A stretch of DNA of 63,014 nucleotides, the filler included, from Intoshia linei (lineage: Eukaryota; Animalia; Orthonectida), in NCBI GenBank assembly GCA_001642005.1. It is 11 parts of 11 records of this genome, joined end to end, with 100 filler letters (N's around TTAATTAATTAA, not from the genome) between each part and the next. Parts side by side here need not be neighbours in the genome. Positions count along the whole stretch, not along the records: positions 32,302 to 36,545 come from LWCA01001964.1; positions 36,646 to 38,586 come from LWCA01002452.1; positions 38,687 to 40,763 come from LWCA01002445.1; positions 40,864 to 45,493 come from LWCA01001899.1; 7 more parts are not named here. One strand, written 5' to 3'. The notes below the pieces were generated by a model, which had not been told where the DNA came from, made no database searches, and saw nothing but the letters and a program-made list of their open reading frames with translations. This document shows, piece by piece, positions 32,430-43,129 of the stretch (position 1 is its first letter; every line of letters starts with the position of its first letter). Both the position numbers and the translations under genes were made by a program.

Positions 32430-33259
32430 TCCTACGTCAACAAGAAACGCACAAAATTTCTACTTTTTGAAACACCCTAATGCATATATGTTTTTTTCAA
32501 AATATTTTATTAAAACAAAAAATGTGAAATAATTAATGGTCCGAAAATTAAAAAAATAAAAGTTAATCTGTTAGAGCAGTAGTTTTCAACCTCTTTGTGT
32601 TCGCGACCTCCCTTATAAACATAAAAAATTTTCGCGACCCAAAAATTTTATATATACTCCAAACATCTTATCAAATTCACATAAACGAAAATATTAAAAA
32701 ACCATATTCAGTTAAATTTATATTTTATACTGTGTTTAAATTCTCACGACCCCCCTGATAAATTTCGCTCCCCCCCCCCGGTTAAAAACCACTGTGTTAA
32801 AGCTTATTCCAGTTGATATAAATACAAAATTTCAACCCAGAAATCTACGCATTCCCGGTGAAAATAATTTTTAATATATTTTCAACCAATATTTTTCAAA
32901 TACATGTACTTCGATAAAATAAAAATTAAAAATTTTACTTTATTTTTAATATTATACACACATTCTGTCTAATAAATTAAAAAAATGGGATAATAATTTT
33001 TTTAAAATTCTTTACGCAAATATTAAAAAACAAAATTAAGATGGAATAATTCACATTCAAGTAAAAAATAATGTGAAATGACGATTTCACCTAAAACAAG
33101 TTTGTGAACCACTTCTTTATAAAATTTATAAAATTGAATAGTAGGATTTTTAAGTTAGATTTTCAACGTGAGAATTATGAATATTTTTTTGGTTAAATAA
33201 AAATGTGCCTTTGGCAAAGCTAGGTGCTGTTTGTACGTAGTACATAACGGTCAACCTAG
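32430..33259 (+). mobile_element. Helitron-like 3' part with a nested MITE
   Basis: Family core and terminal hairpin plus CTAG|T at 33256-33259. Confidence 0.72.
32577..32794. mobile_element. hAT (Charlie-like) MITE nested in Helitron
   Basis: TIR CAGTAGTTTTCAACC...GGTTAAAAACCACTG; TSD TGTTAGAG/TGTTAAAG (7 of 8 match). Confidence 0.85.
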
Positions 33260-33282
33260 TTAAGATATAAAATAAGATATAC

Positions 33283-35016
33283 CATAGTGAAATGTCGGTC
33301 ATCCAAATTATTTCTAATTGATTTAAGAGATTTCAAACTTGAATGCAAAAGTGTATCTTTCTTTTTCTTTTAAAAAAATGATTAAATAAAGAAATTAAAA
33401 ATTTTTGTACAAATTCAGATCGGATTTTTTCAAATAATACTAAAACAGTATAGTATTCTGCATCTTTAAATAAATACAAAATAATTTTTTTAATAAACTT
33501 TTCTATCCTGCTGAAGTGACGCTGAAAAAATTTTTCCAATCATTGACCTATATCGTGTATAATCAAAGTGGTACAAATTGACAAGTGACAAGTCTACGTA
33601 TACTGTATGAAACATATTAGATTGATATAGAAAAATTTTGAGATTAGTGAAAGATCACGGGACCATGGAAAATATTACTTAGATTATTTAGAAAAGTGGT
33701 TGGCAAGGTTGGCATGTGGTTCCTTTAGAGACACCATCAAAAATTTGGGAGTCACAGCAAAATATTATAAGTCGGGGTATGTCACAAAAAATTGAAAATT
33801 CTTTTACCACTAAAAACTATATAATATTTAAATATTTAAAGAGGACATCATCAAAATCATTATTTTAACGGTCAAAAAAGCATTTTAGTATGTATATTTT
33901 TTTTTCCGAAATATTTTATTAAATTAAAAAATGTGAAATAATAAACGGTCCGAAAATTAAAAAAAAATATTCTGATAGAGCTTATTCCAGTTGATATAAA
34001 TATAAAATTTCAACCCCAAAAATTTACGCATTCCCGGTGAAATAATAATTTTTAATATATTATCAACCAATATTTTTTTGGTATAATAAAAATGTGCCCA
34101 TGGCATGGCTAGGTGCTGTTTATACGTAGTACATAACAGTCAATCTAGTAATTTATGTTAAATTTATAAATGATACAATTTCTCTGTGGAATATAAACAG
34201 ATCTAAATTAACCATATTTTACGATATACAGTTTCATAACATGGGTTAATATTGGTTAACAATGGGGTTAATAAATTTTAATAGAAATTATACAACATTC
34301 AATTATTTTTATGAAAATGTCTAATTAGGTGGGAAATTAATTTCAACATTAATTAATCAGTACATTAGTAAGTCTATAAATATGTGCACGACAACAAAAA
34401 AATTATAATTAAGTTAAAATATCTGAATTATTGTGTAACTAATAAATAATAATAATATATTTACTTTTTTATTTTTTATATGAATTGATTCAAGAAATTC
34501 GAATAAATAATCCCGTTTTTCAAGTTTACGCTCATTCTATTAATTATAAATGTATAAAAATACATGTAATATGATTACTCTAATTTTTATAACATTTTCA
34601 ATATTTGAGATTTCTATTAATTTATCTTTAATTTCTTTCTGACGTTTTAAATCAAATGATACTGTTTCGTTAACTATAAGTTGTGCTAAAGAATCTTGAA
34701 CAAATTTATGCTTTTGTTTTTTAGAATTGACTTTTTTGCAATTTTCTTCCGATATTATAAAGCCACTTTTATTTATCTAAATTTATATAATTTTTTTAAT
34801 TATTATTTTTAATATTTAAGTATATAAATTTTAAGAATACCAAGCCAGCCTTAACTAAATGATGCCGCATACGAGGTTTAGTAAAATAGTTTTTTAAATA
34901 AGGATCCAAAAGACTATTATATTCCAACAACGGCCTGCAAAATATATTATAATTTTAAAATTTGTATAATATGATATCAATATGTACCCAATTTCAAAAC
35001 AATTGTTATCTGTCAT
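33283..35016 (-). CDS. ERICH3: ERICH3 (glutamate-rich protein 3)-like, 5' exons only; exons below about 34465 tentative
   Basis: Spliced MTDNNCFEIG|PLLEYNSLLDPYLKNYFTKPRMRHHLVKAGL|INKSGFIISEE..FVQDSLAQLI..QKEIKDKL matches the ERICH3 N-terminal YNSL.D..L..YF...R.R.HL...GLI pattern. Not in the ORF track. Confidence 0.75.
33865..34148 (+). mobile_element. Internally deleted Helitron-like 3' fragment
   Basis: Family core joined directly to the terminal hairpin plus CTAG|T. Confidence 0.7.
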
Positions 35017-35631
35017 TTTTCAACTTTATCGGAATGAATATTAAATTTAATTTTAAAACATTCTTGTTTTTGAGTTGCTTGTCATTGATATATAGTACAC
35101 CTTATATTTTTTAATTTCATAGTTTATAGTTATTTTTATTTATGTTGGATACTTGATCTAAATAATTTCATTTCTATTGTAGACATTTACAGTTTTACGA
35201 GTAGATTTTACAATTACAAGTACCGTCTAAAAATAGTCTATACATGTTGGAATAAAATTTAATAATGATCATTTAACATTGGTCGTTCTTTATTTGATTT
35301 TAATCATTGTATAAATAAAAAATTTTTATATTTTATCATATCGGTTCCACTGTAGTTGTCTCATCTTGGGACTTTCTTGAGCAATTTTTGGCATAGTATA
35401 GTTAATCATATATAATACGATTACAATTTACAATTTTGTTAATGCATATTAATTAATAGAATTATTAAGTTACAGAGCTAGTCATTTCTGGAAAAAATAA
35501 TGTATATTATTTATAATTTTAATTCATTTAAAAACTTTATATAAATGCATTTTTTTACAGTGGGACAAAGGGCCAAAAAAATGAATCACAAAAATGTTAC
35601 AAAAAAATTTTTTCGTTTTTATAGTCACCAT

Positions 35632-35720
35632 CAGGGATTGGAAATAATTAATTGCAATTATTTCAGATAAATCAATTAATTGCACTTAAATTGGTTGAAA
35701 TCAATTAATTCCAATCTCTG
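35632..35720. mobile_element. 89-bp hAT MITE
   Basis: CAGGGATTGGAA...TTCCAATCTCTG with perfect 8-bp TSD GTCACCAT. Confidence 0.88.
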
Positions 35721-35792
35721 GTCACCATCATGCAATTACAATCATGATAAAATAAATATCATATATGTCAATTAAAATCTATATTTAAAATC

Positions 35793-36066
35793 AAAAAAAA
35801 TCTTAAAATCTCCCCTGAAATTTTGATTAAAAAAAATCTTAAAAACCCCCCTGAAAGTATGGATAATTTAAGAAATATTAAAAATCCCTCTGAAAATTAA
35901 ATTAATAAAAAAAATCTTAAATCTACCCTGAAAATTTGGTTACAAAAATCTTAAAATCTCACCTGAAAGTTTTATTTAACAAAAAAAATATTAAAAAGCT
36001 CCCTGAAAATTTGGCTAATAAAAAAAATCTTAAAATCTCCCCTGAAAGTTTGAAATTAAAAACCCC
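35793..36066. repeat. Minisatellite, about 8 degenerate units of about 35 bp
   Basis: Unit resembles AAAAAAATCTTAAAATCTCCCCTGAAAATTTGG. Confidence 0.85.
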
Positions 36067-36545
36067 TAGTGATTGTGACGGAAAAAAACCGGAACAAAAT
36101 TCCCGGAAATTAAATTTCCCGATAAAAATTAAGATATCTGTATTTGATTTATGTTTATTATGATGAAAATATAATTATATTATAATATTTAAAATTTACC
36201 ATTTCAAAAATTCCATCACTAATAAAATTTAATCCAAAATATCATTTCAAGCCCTCATGGAAAAATATTTTTTTTCCAATACTTTTTTTACAAACCTCTT
36301 ATTCCAATGACAAATTACTGACGCTTAAGGGAATTATCTTCTTTTTCCAATATTATTTTGAAAAATATTATGAGTTGTTACAAACGGGAACGCTATCATC
36401 AAGATTGTTAAAATTAAAGGAACCTCTTATGACCATTCAACCTACATTAACACAAAATGAAAGATATTACTCTACTGCTTCTAATTTCGTGACAAAACGT
36501 AGAACGCGTTTAAAAGACGAATTTATCAATATTATGTGTGTTTTG
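36067..36545 (+). mobile_element. Second copy of the 3031-3784 hAT element, cut by the spacer
   Basis: Same TIR; encodes IQPTLTQNERYYSTASNFVTKRRTRLKDEFIN. Confidence 0.88.
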
Positions 36546-36759
36546 NNNNNNNNNNNNNNNNNNNNNNNNNNNNNNNNNNNNNNNNNNNNTTAATTAATTA
36601 ANNNNNNNNNNNNNNNNNNNNNNNNNNNNNNNNNNNNNNNNNNNNCATTTAATTTTTTTATTTCGCTTGTTAAATTTAACTTAATCTTGTTATTAATTTA
36701 CCAAAACTTAATTTTATATTTTATTTTTAATTATATTCATCTCAGTTATGAGTCATAAC

Positions 36760-37791
36760 TAGGGCAAGTATAAGTCCAAAAAGTCAAAATTTCACAGATT
36801 AATTAGAAAATTATTACGAATATCATGATATTAATATTATGCCAATTAAAACTATAATTAATATTTTATAATGTCATAAAAGTCCAAAAAGTTAAAATTT
36901 TTATCGTTATGTTTAAAAAGTCAGAATTTTAAAAATAAAGTACAAAATGTTAAATATTACAAATATTATATATAAATATTAAACGTAAATACCCTGATGA
37001 GTTCAAAAACGTTGACAGTAATTTACATTGCATTATCTGTGATACTAATGTTAATCATACAAAAATGTATTATGTGGATAGGCATTGAAAATGTCGAAAA
37101 TATAATGATAACATTAATCCAAATTTACCAATTATCAGTAATTTTGGTATATCAAATGATTTTGTAAAGAATCTAACTATGCCATTTTTTTCTGCCGACA
37201 TATCTTTATATAAATTAAACAATATCTATATAAAAAAACTATTCAATAGCATTGGTCAACCGCTGCCCTCCGAAACGCATTGTAGAAAAATTGTTACAGA
37301 AATATATGATAATAATATAATGATGAAATTATAAATCTAAAGAAAACTATGAAAGATATACATTTTGAAGAAGATCCATGTAATATCAAATTATACATTA
37401 TGAAACGCCTGGAAAACAATGACAGAGTTATTTGTAAATTGAAGAATGATAATATTTCTCCGTATATATATGAACTATTGGAATTTCGTCAATCAACTTC
37501 AGCTGCCGTAGAACGAAGCTTTATGCTTAAAAAATTGATTGCAAAATATGGAAATTTTAAAACCGATAATATTAAAAAATATAGTTTGTCATTATAATTT
37601 AGCAACAAATTAAACTAATTAATATTATTTTTTTCAGTAAATTTTAATTAATTTGTAATAAATAGGATAGTTAGTATAATTATTTTCAATTGTTGCTCTT
37701 GGAATAAAAAATTTTTAAGTACAAAAAGTTAAAATATTTTTCTATTAGGTACAAAAAGTCAGATTTATAGGTCCAAAAAAAACTTACCCTA
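36760..37791 (+). mobile_element. Internally deleted hAT element (CGGBP1-related transposase type)
   Basis: TIR TAGGGCAAGT...ACTTACCCTA and perfect TSD GTCATAAC. Relic peptides FFSADISLYKLNN..LPSETHCR and STSAAVERSF. Confidence 0.85.
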
Positions 37792-38300
37792 GTCATAACT
37801 AATTCTTATGACTTCAATATTAAAATTTATTTAATTTTTCAAGTCTTAACCTATTTTTTGAAAATTAAAAATTAATTGTTATGACGATTATTCATAACTG
37901 AAATTTACTATATGAAATATCATAATGTTCAATTATTTAAATTTTGCACGACGATTTTTTAAATCCTTTTTCAATTATTTTTTTCATATTGTGAAGTATT
38001 TAACCGTCTTTTTATCGTATTTGGGTGTACTTTTGTATTTTCCAAAAAAAGTGCAAAATTGCACACCCCTAGTGTCCATAAGTACTTATTTATGACATTT
38101 AAAAATAAGTAATTTTGTCAAAACCCCTCTCCAGTTCGGCCACTAAGTAACTAAATAACCCATTGCGGGTGTGACAATATATACTATTATAATATAGATA
38201 CATGTGTATTACACAATCAATATATTAGTATATACATCTATATACAGTATATAATGTATAATGATAATTAATTCATACATTATAATGTATATACTTTTAG

Positions 38301-38507
38301 ATCAAATCTATCATGAGTGGATTTATAATCAATGGTTATTTCGATGCGTCTACACTTATTGTTAAATCTATAACCATTATACTATGTGTATCGGCAGGAT
38401 TATCCTTAGGAAAAGAGGGTCCTCTTGTTCACATTTCTTGTTGTATAGGTTATATGGTCACCAAATTATTTCCTAAATACAGTAAAAATGAAGCCAAACG
38501 AAGAGAA
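38301..38507 (+). CDS. Single internal exon of a CLC-3/4/5 H+/Cl- exchanger
   Basis: AG|[43 protein letters not shown]|GT; contains the GKEGP gating glutamate. Confidence 0.92.
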
Positions 38508-39748
38508 GTATATATTAATGAGTATTATACATTGTATATTAGGGTGTCCACTTTTTAAACTTTCCGTTGAATTAACAAAAGTATATNNNNNNNNNNNNNN
38601 NNNNNNNNNNNNNNNNNNNNNNNNNNNNNNTTAATTAATTAANNNNNNNNNNNNNNNNNNNNNNNNNNNNNNNNNNNNNNNNNNNNGAAAACTGAAAGTC
38701 GCAGAAATTTATAAATCACAAATCCTAAGTCAGTTTTTTCAGCTACGTCAAGTAAGATAAATTACAATATCGTACATTTGTATCTTTATCGTGAAAATCC
38801 AAATTAAATTTTTTTTAAAAAATTAAAAATGTACAATAAAAAATATTCAATTATTAACGATTCTCAGTTAAATTAACTTTTATGCTTCTTTTACACATTC
38901 AAAAATGTTTTGATTCCTCCATCAATTATTTAATCCAGTATCAGTGAACTATTTAAAGTGAAATAGAACTAGAACTAGTGAGCATAGTTAAAATTAAATT
39001 TATATTCAAAATTTAAAAATCCAAAAATTCATTATTTTTGTCCAGGGGTGTTCATCCTCGTGTTCGCTATGAAATTTAAGTATTTAAGTAATAAATTTAT
39101 TATCAAATTTATTGTAATATACATACCATATATCTTATTGTAGATTAAAAATTATTTAAGAACTGTCCCACAATTTACGTTTTCGAACCTGAATGGCTCA
39201 ATTTATGACTATGAAATTTGCAATAAAACATCATTCTAGAAAATCTCTATTAGAAATTTGGTTTTTTATATTTTTGGACATTTAATTTTTTAATTAAACA
39301 GTAACACACATGAACAATCTTATGTAAATAAAGGATAATTTGGTACACATGAAACTATTCAAATAATAAAATGTGCCAATCTGAAGTCAAAAAGGTGAAA
39401 ACTCCTGCTTTGGTTCATAAAATTAAAAAATTTAATGATTTGTAAAAATTATATCTGGTAACATCCGCCCTGAATTGGACTAGCTACTGTTTGTATTAAG
39501 TACATGACATTCAAATATTTTCAATATTATGAAATAATATGAAACTATGATAAAAATAGTATACATGGTAGAATATTCAAATTTCTGATGGTCTCAATAC
39601 AGGTTTTAGATAATTTCGTGCTTTACCAAAACAAAATTTTCAAAATTTTTGGGTTATTGAGTTAATAATAATGATAACTTATTAAGTTTCTATTTAACAA
39701 AAAATTTGAGGTAGCGATGACACATCACTGATGACCATTAAATTTACC

Positions 39749-40658
39749 ATTGCGAATAAATCAGATCGGGACTGGTTTCCAATTTTTATAATATCTTTAA
39801 AGCCCTTTGTTGTGACTAAACAACAAGGTTCTCCATTGCTTTCGAGTAATGCATTAGTAGCGACAGTTGTTCCCATTCTAATAGATTTTATTTTTGTTCC
39901 ATCAATCAGTTCATCTAAAAAAGATAAATTAAGAATAATAGCTATAAGAATATAAATTTTATATTTTAACCTAATAAATAGAATCAAAAGTAACCACTTT
40001 TATAACTGTTGGACTTAATTATTTATAATATATATCATTATCATATAATTATTGTTGTTTTGAATTTTCTTACTATGAAAACTTTTCACATTGCTCTANC
40101 TTAATTATTTATAATATATATCATTATCATATAATTATTGTTGTTTTGAATTTTCTTACTATGAAAACTTTTCACATCGCTCCAATTTTTTTTGTATCTT
40201 TACGATACTTTTTTTTAATATTAACAATGTAAATGTAAATAAAGTAACAATTTTATGTAAATAATAAAAAACTATATTTTTACTTACTTTTCTTACTTAT
40301 TGTTAATATGATGAAACTGTACAAAGTAGTACAAATGCTGTGTTCATTGCATAAGTTTGTAAGAAAAAACAAAGTAATGATAAATTTGGAATAAATAAAT
40401 TATAATTTATTTAATTATTTAGATAATTATCGAATTACCAGCAAAATCAGTAGTATCATGCAATTGACCATACTAAAATATAAATTAAAATAAAAACAAA
40501 ACCACTACCTTATGCATAATCTGACGTATACCTTCCGCTGGAGCATCATTATAGTGAATGTTATCAGATAAAAGTTTTTCAGTAACAATGTTTCCATTAG
40601 GTAAAGTGCAATAAATATCTGTAAAAGTACCTCCTCTATCAATAGCAAACTTAAACAT
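39749..40658 (-). CDS. OPLAH: 5-oxoprolinase (ATP-hydrolysing), 5' exons
   Basis: [32 protein letters not shown] and [32 protein letters not shown]. Confidence 0.93.
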
Positions 40659-40863
40659 GAAAATTTTTATTAAATGATATAAAATGATTGATAGTGCTAA
40701 TGTAAATGAAAAATAAAGTTTAATTTAACAGATAGTATATATATTCATATGTTAATCGTTCTTNNNNNNNNNNNNNNNNNNNNNNNNNNNNNNNNNNNNN
40801 NNNNNNNTTAATTAATTAANNNNNNNNNNNNNNNNNNNNNNNNNNNNNNNNNNNNNNNNNNNN

Positions 40864-41400
40864 ATTACATGAAGATAAATTTTTCAAATGTAATTTTTAC
40901 CGATGAAACCAGAATATTTTTAGATATGCCAGGTTAGTGGAGTAAGGATTGGTTAGTAAATAACAGATCACCACCAAACCGTTTAAGGTGGGATCAAGGC
41001 GGTGGGAGTATAATGATTTGGGCAGCCATTGTGAAAGACACTATTATTGGATATTTAAAATTAAATGATTGAGTCACAATTAATTAAGACACATACTGCG
41101 CGTTTTTAAAACATAACGTTTTTTCGTGGATAAAAAAAAGAAGAAAAAGCTTTCTTAAAAATTTCATTTTTATGCATAATAATGCCCCAAGTCACGCATC
41201 CCGTTATACAAAAAAATATCTTTCATTAAATGGTTATAAATCAGAAAAAATAATGTGTTGGCTGCCAAATTCTCCCGATCTTAATTGTATTCAAAATCTA
41301 TGGTCCATAATTAAATGAAAGATAGACAGTGGGAATAAACAATATCAATCAAAAAACGATATATGACATGCAACTTTGAAAGAAATCAAAACAATAAAAA
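40864..41400 (+). mobile_element. Tc1-like DDE transposase relic with stops
   Basis: VIFTDETR, GGGSIMIWAAI, FMHNNAPSHASRYT, WLPNSPDLNCIQNLWSIIK. Confidence 0.9.
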
Positions 41401-41574
41401 TTTAAAATACAATGAATTTTAATATTTAAATATTTACAAAAAATTATTTATCCGTATTAACAAGAAATTATTGTTTAATATTCATTTGCATAATAATTTG
41501 GCACACCAAAAATAACAAAATTTTCTTAAATCTTCGTGTATTCATTTTTTTTGAATACATCACATTTTTGTTGG

Positions 41575-42370
41575 GACGTTAAAGTATTATTAGTTGAATA
41601 TATAAATATAATAAAAAAATTAACCCAATTTAAAAACTTGGAAAGCAGTGCAGGTGATGAAAAACAGATATGAGACATACAGAGAGATGCTATGAAAGAC
41701 ATGCCCAATGAAAATATTCCTTTTATCACAATGTTAATCAACTTGACACACACGTATAGATGTCCACAAGATATAACGTATATCATAATAAACCGTGACC
41801 TACAAGATTGCACAACTAGTAACGAAACTAAAAAACTCGATAACAAGAAAAATCACTAATGATATCAACAACATATTGTTACACAACTATAAAGGGAAAA
41901 ACCTTATACTTACTTTTACACAAGATAGAAAACATAACATAAGACATACGATCACAAAAACGTAAAAACGATACATGAATCACAAGGCATGTCAGTAGGA
42001 AACGTAATGTTGATAAGATCGTACTTAAAATCATATCCTATCTTTGAAAATGACATTGACGGAAAAATGAATGCATGGATGTTGATAAGTGTAACGACAC
42101 ACTAAATCATTTGTATATTTTACTAACGTAGAAGATAACCTTTACGCCAATTTAGGATTAACTGACGTTAAAAACAATACCTACAATGTACACATGGACA
42201 ACACAGCTATACTAGATACAATGGTAATATAAATCGACAAGAAACATAAATTACAAACTGTCAAAAAGAAGGTTGCACCAATTCCACCAGATAAACTAAT
42301 ATTCGACATAGATATAAATTCATACAAGTTACCTAATACATTAAACCGAAGAAAAATAATAAAAACTTAA
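41575..42370 (+). pseudogene. Decayed alpha-like (tobamo/virga-like) RNA-virus superfamily-1 helicase; candidate endogenous viral element
   Basis: Motifs occur in colinear order: AGDEKQI (III), LTHTYRCPQDI (IV), LILTFTQD, VKTIHESQG..VMLIR (V), LISVT-RHTKSFVYFT (VI). About 3 frameshifts and 2 stops. Confidence 0.85.
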
Positions 42371-43129
42371 AAAATCAATAATAACAGAATTCATTTGGCA
42401 ATCTTTTTTTACAAAACAAAAAGATATTAATTGATAAAATACTAAAAATTGTGAAAAAAATAACCAAAATAAAATGCCATGCCTTATTGAAAAAATACAC
42501 CCACATGTAAGCATTATAATGAATCTAACACGCTGTAGTAGTTGTTTTCAAATGGTACAGCCATTAAATGATATTTCTAATCAAAAATTATAGTTCTGGT
42601 TGTATAAACTATCTATTTAATCCAAATAAAAAAGATGAAATTTTGTAATCATTAGTGTATTTAATACTGTTGCTCAAAAATTACAACATAGTGAATTCAC
42701 CTTTTGTATGGTTCGAGATAATTTTGATTATGAAATTGAGATTTTATCTTAAAGGAATTGTATTGTTGCAATAATTTATTTTTGAAAATTTTTTATTTGA
42801 ATAATTTTGCAATACAATAATGATGACGTCTGATAAGATTGAAATATGCTCAAAGTTTAAAAGTCCAAAGTACAGTAATATCTGCACCTGGAATACGTTC
42901 AAAAAATGTAAGTATATGCTGTGCAATAAACAAAAAAGATGAAATACATCATAAATAAAAAGCATTTGCATTAAATTCAATAAGTTTTTGTGAATTTAAT
43001 AAAATTTTATGGATTGGATCCATGAAAAGGAATTGCAAAAATACACTATAGTTATTTATTTTTATTAAATATCATTAATGGTCGAATCAAAGTGGGACTT
43101 TTATAAATAATAATGTAAAATCCCAACAT

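Noticed and set aside
35340-35395. Minus-strand MPKIAQESPKMRQLQW as a first exon or AT-AC intron of ERICH3
   Set aside because: There is no U12 consensus and the frame stops shortly after. ERICH3 has its own plausible ATG at 35016.
35793-36066. CRISPR-like periodic array
   Set aside because: Eukaryotic context, degenerate tandem units and no unique spacers.
40015-40180. About 85-bp direct duplication around a single N (a smaller one is at about 46195-46240)
   Set aside because: Typical unmerged overlap or gap-closing artefact.
41526-41846. 106-aa minus-strand ORF in the track
   Set aside because: It is the antisense shadow of the viral helicase relic. The same applies to 58571-59122 (antisense to Gypsy) and the ORFs antisense to GARS.
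42380-43050. Possible membrane-protein gene between the EVE and Sin3
   Set aside because: No consistent spliced frame or recognisable motif could be built.
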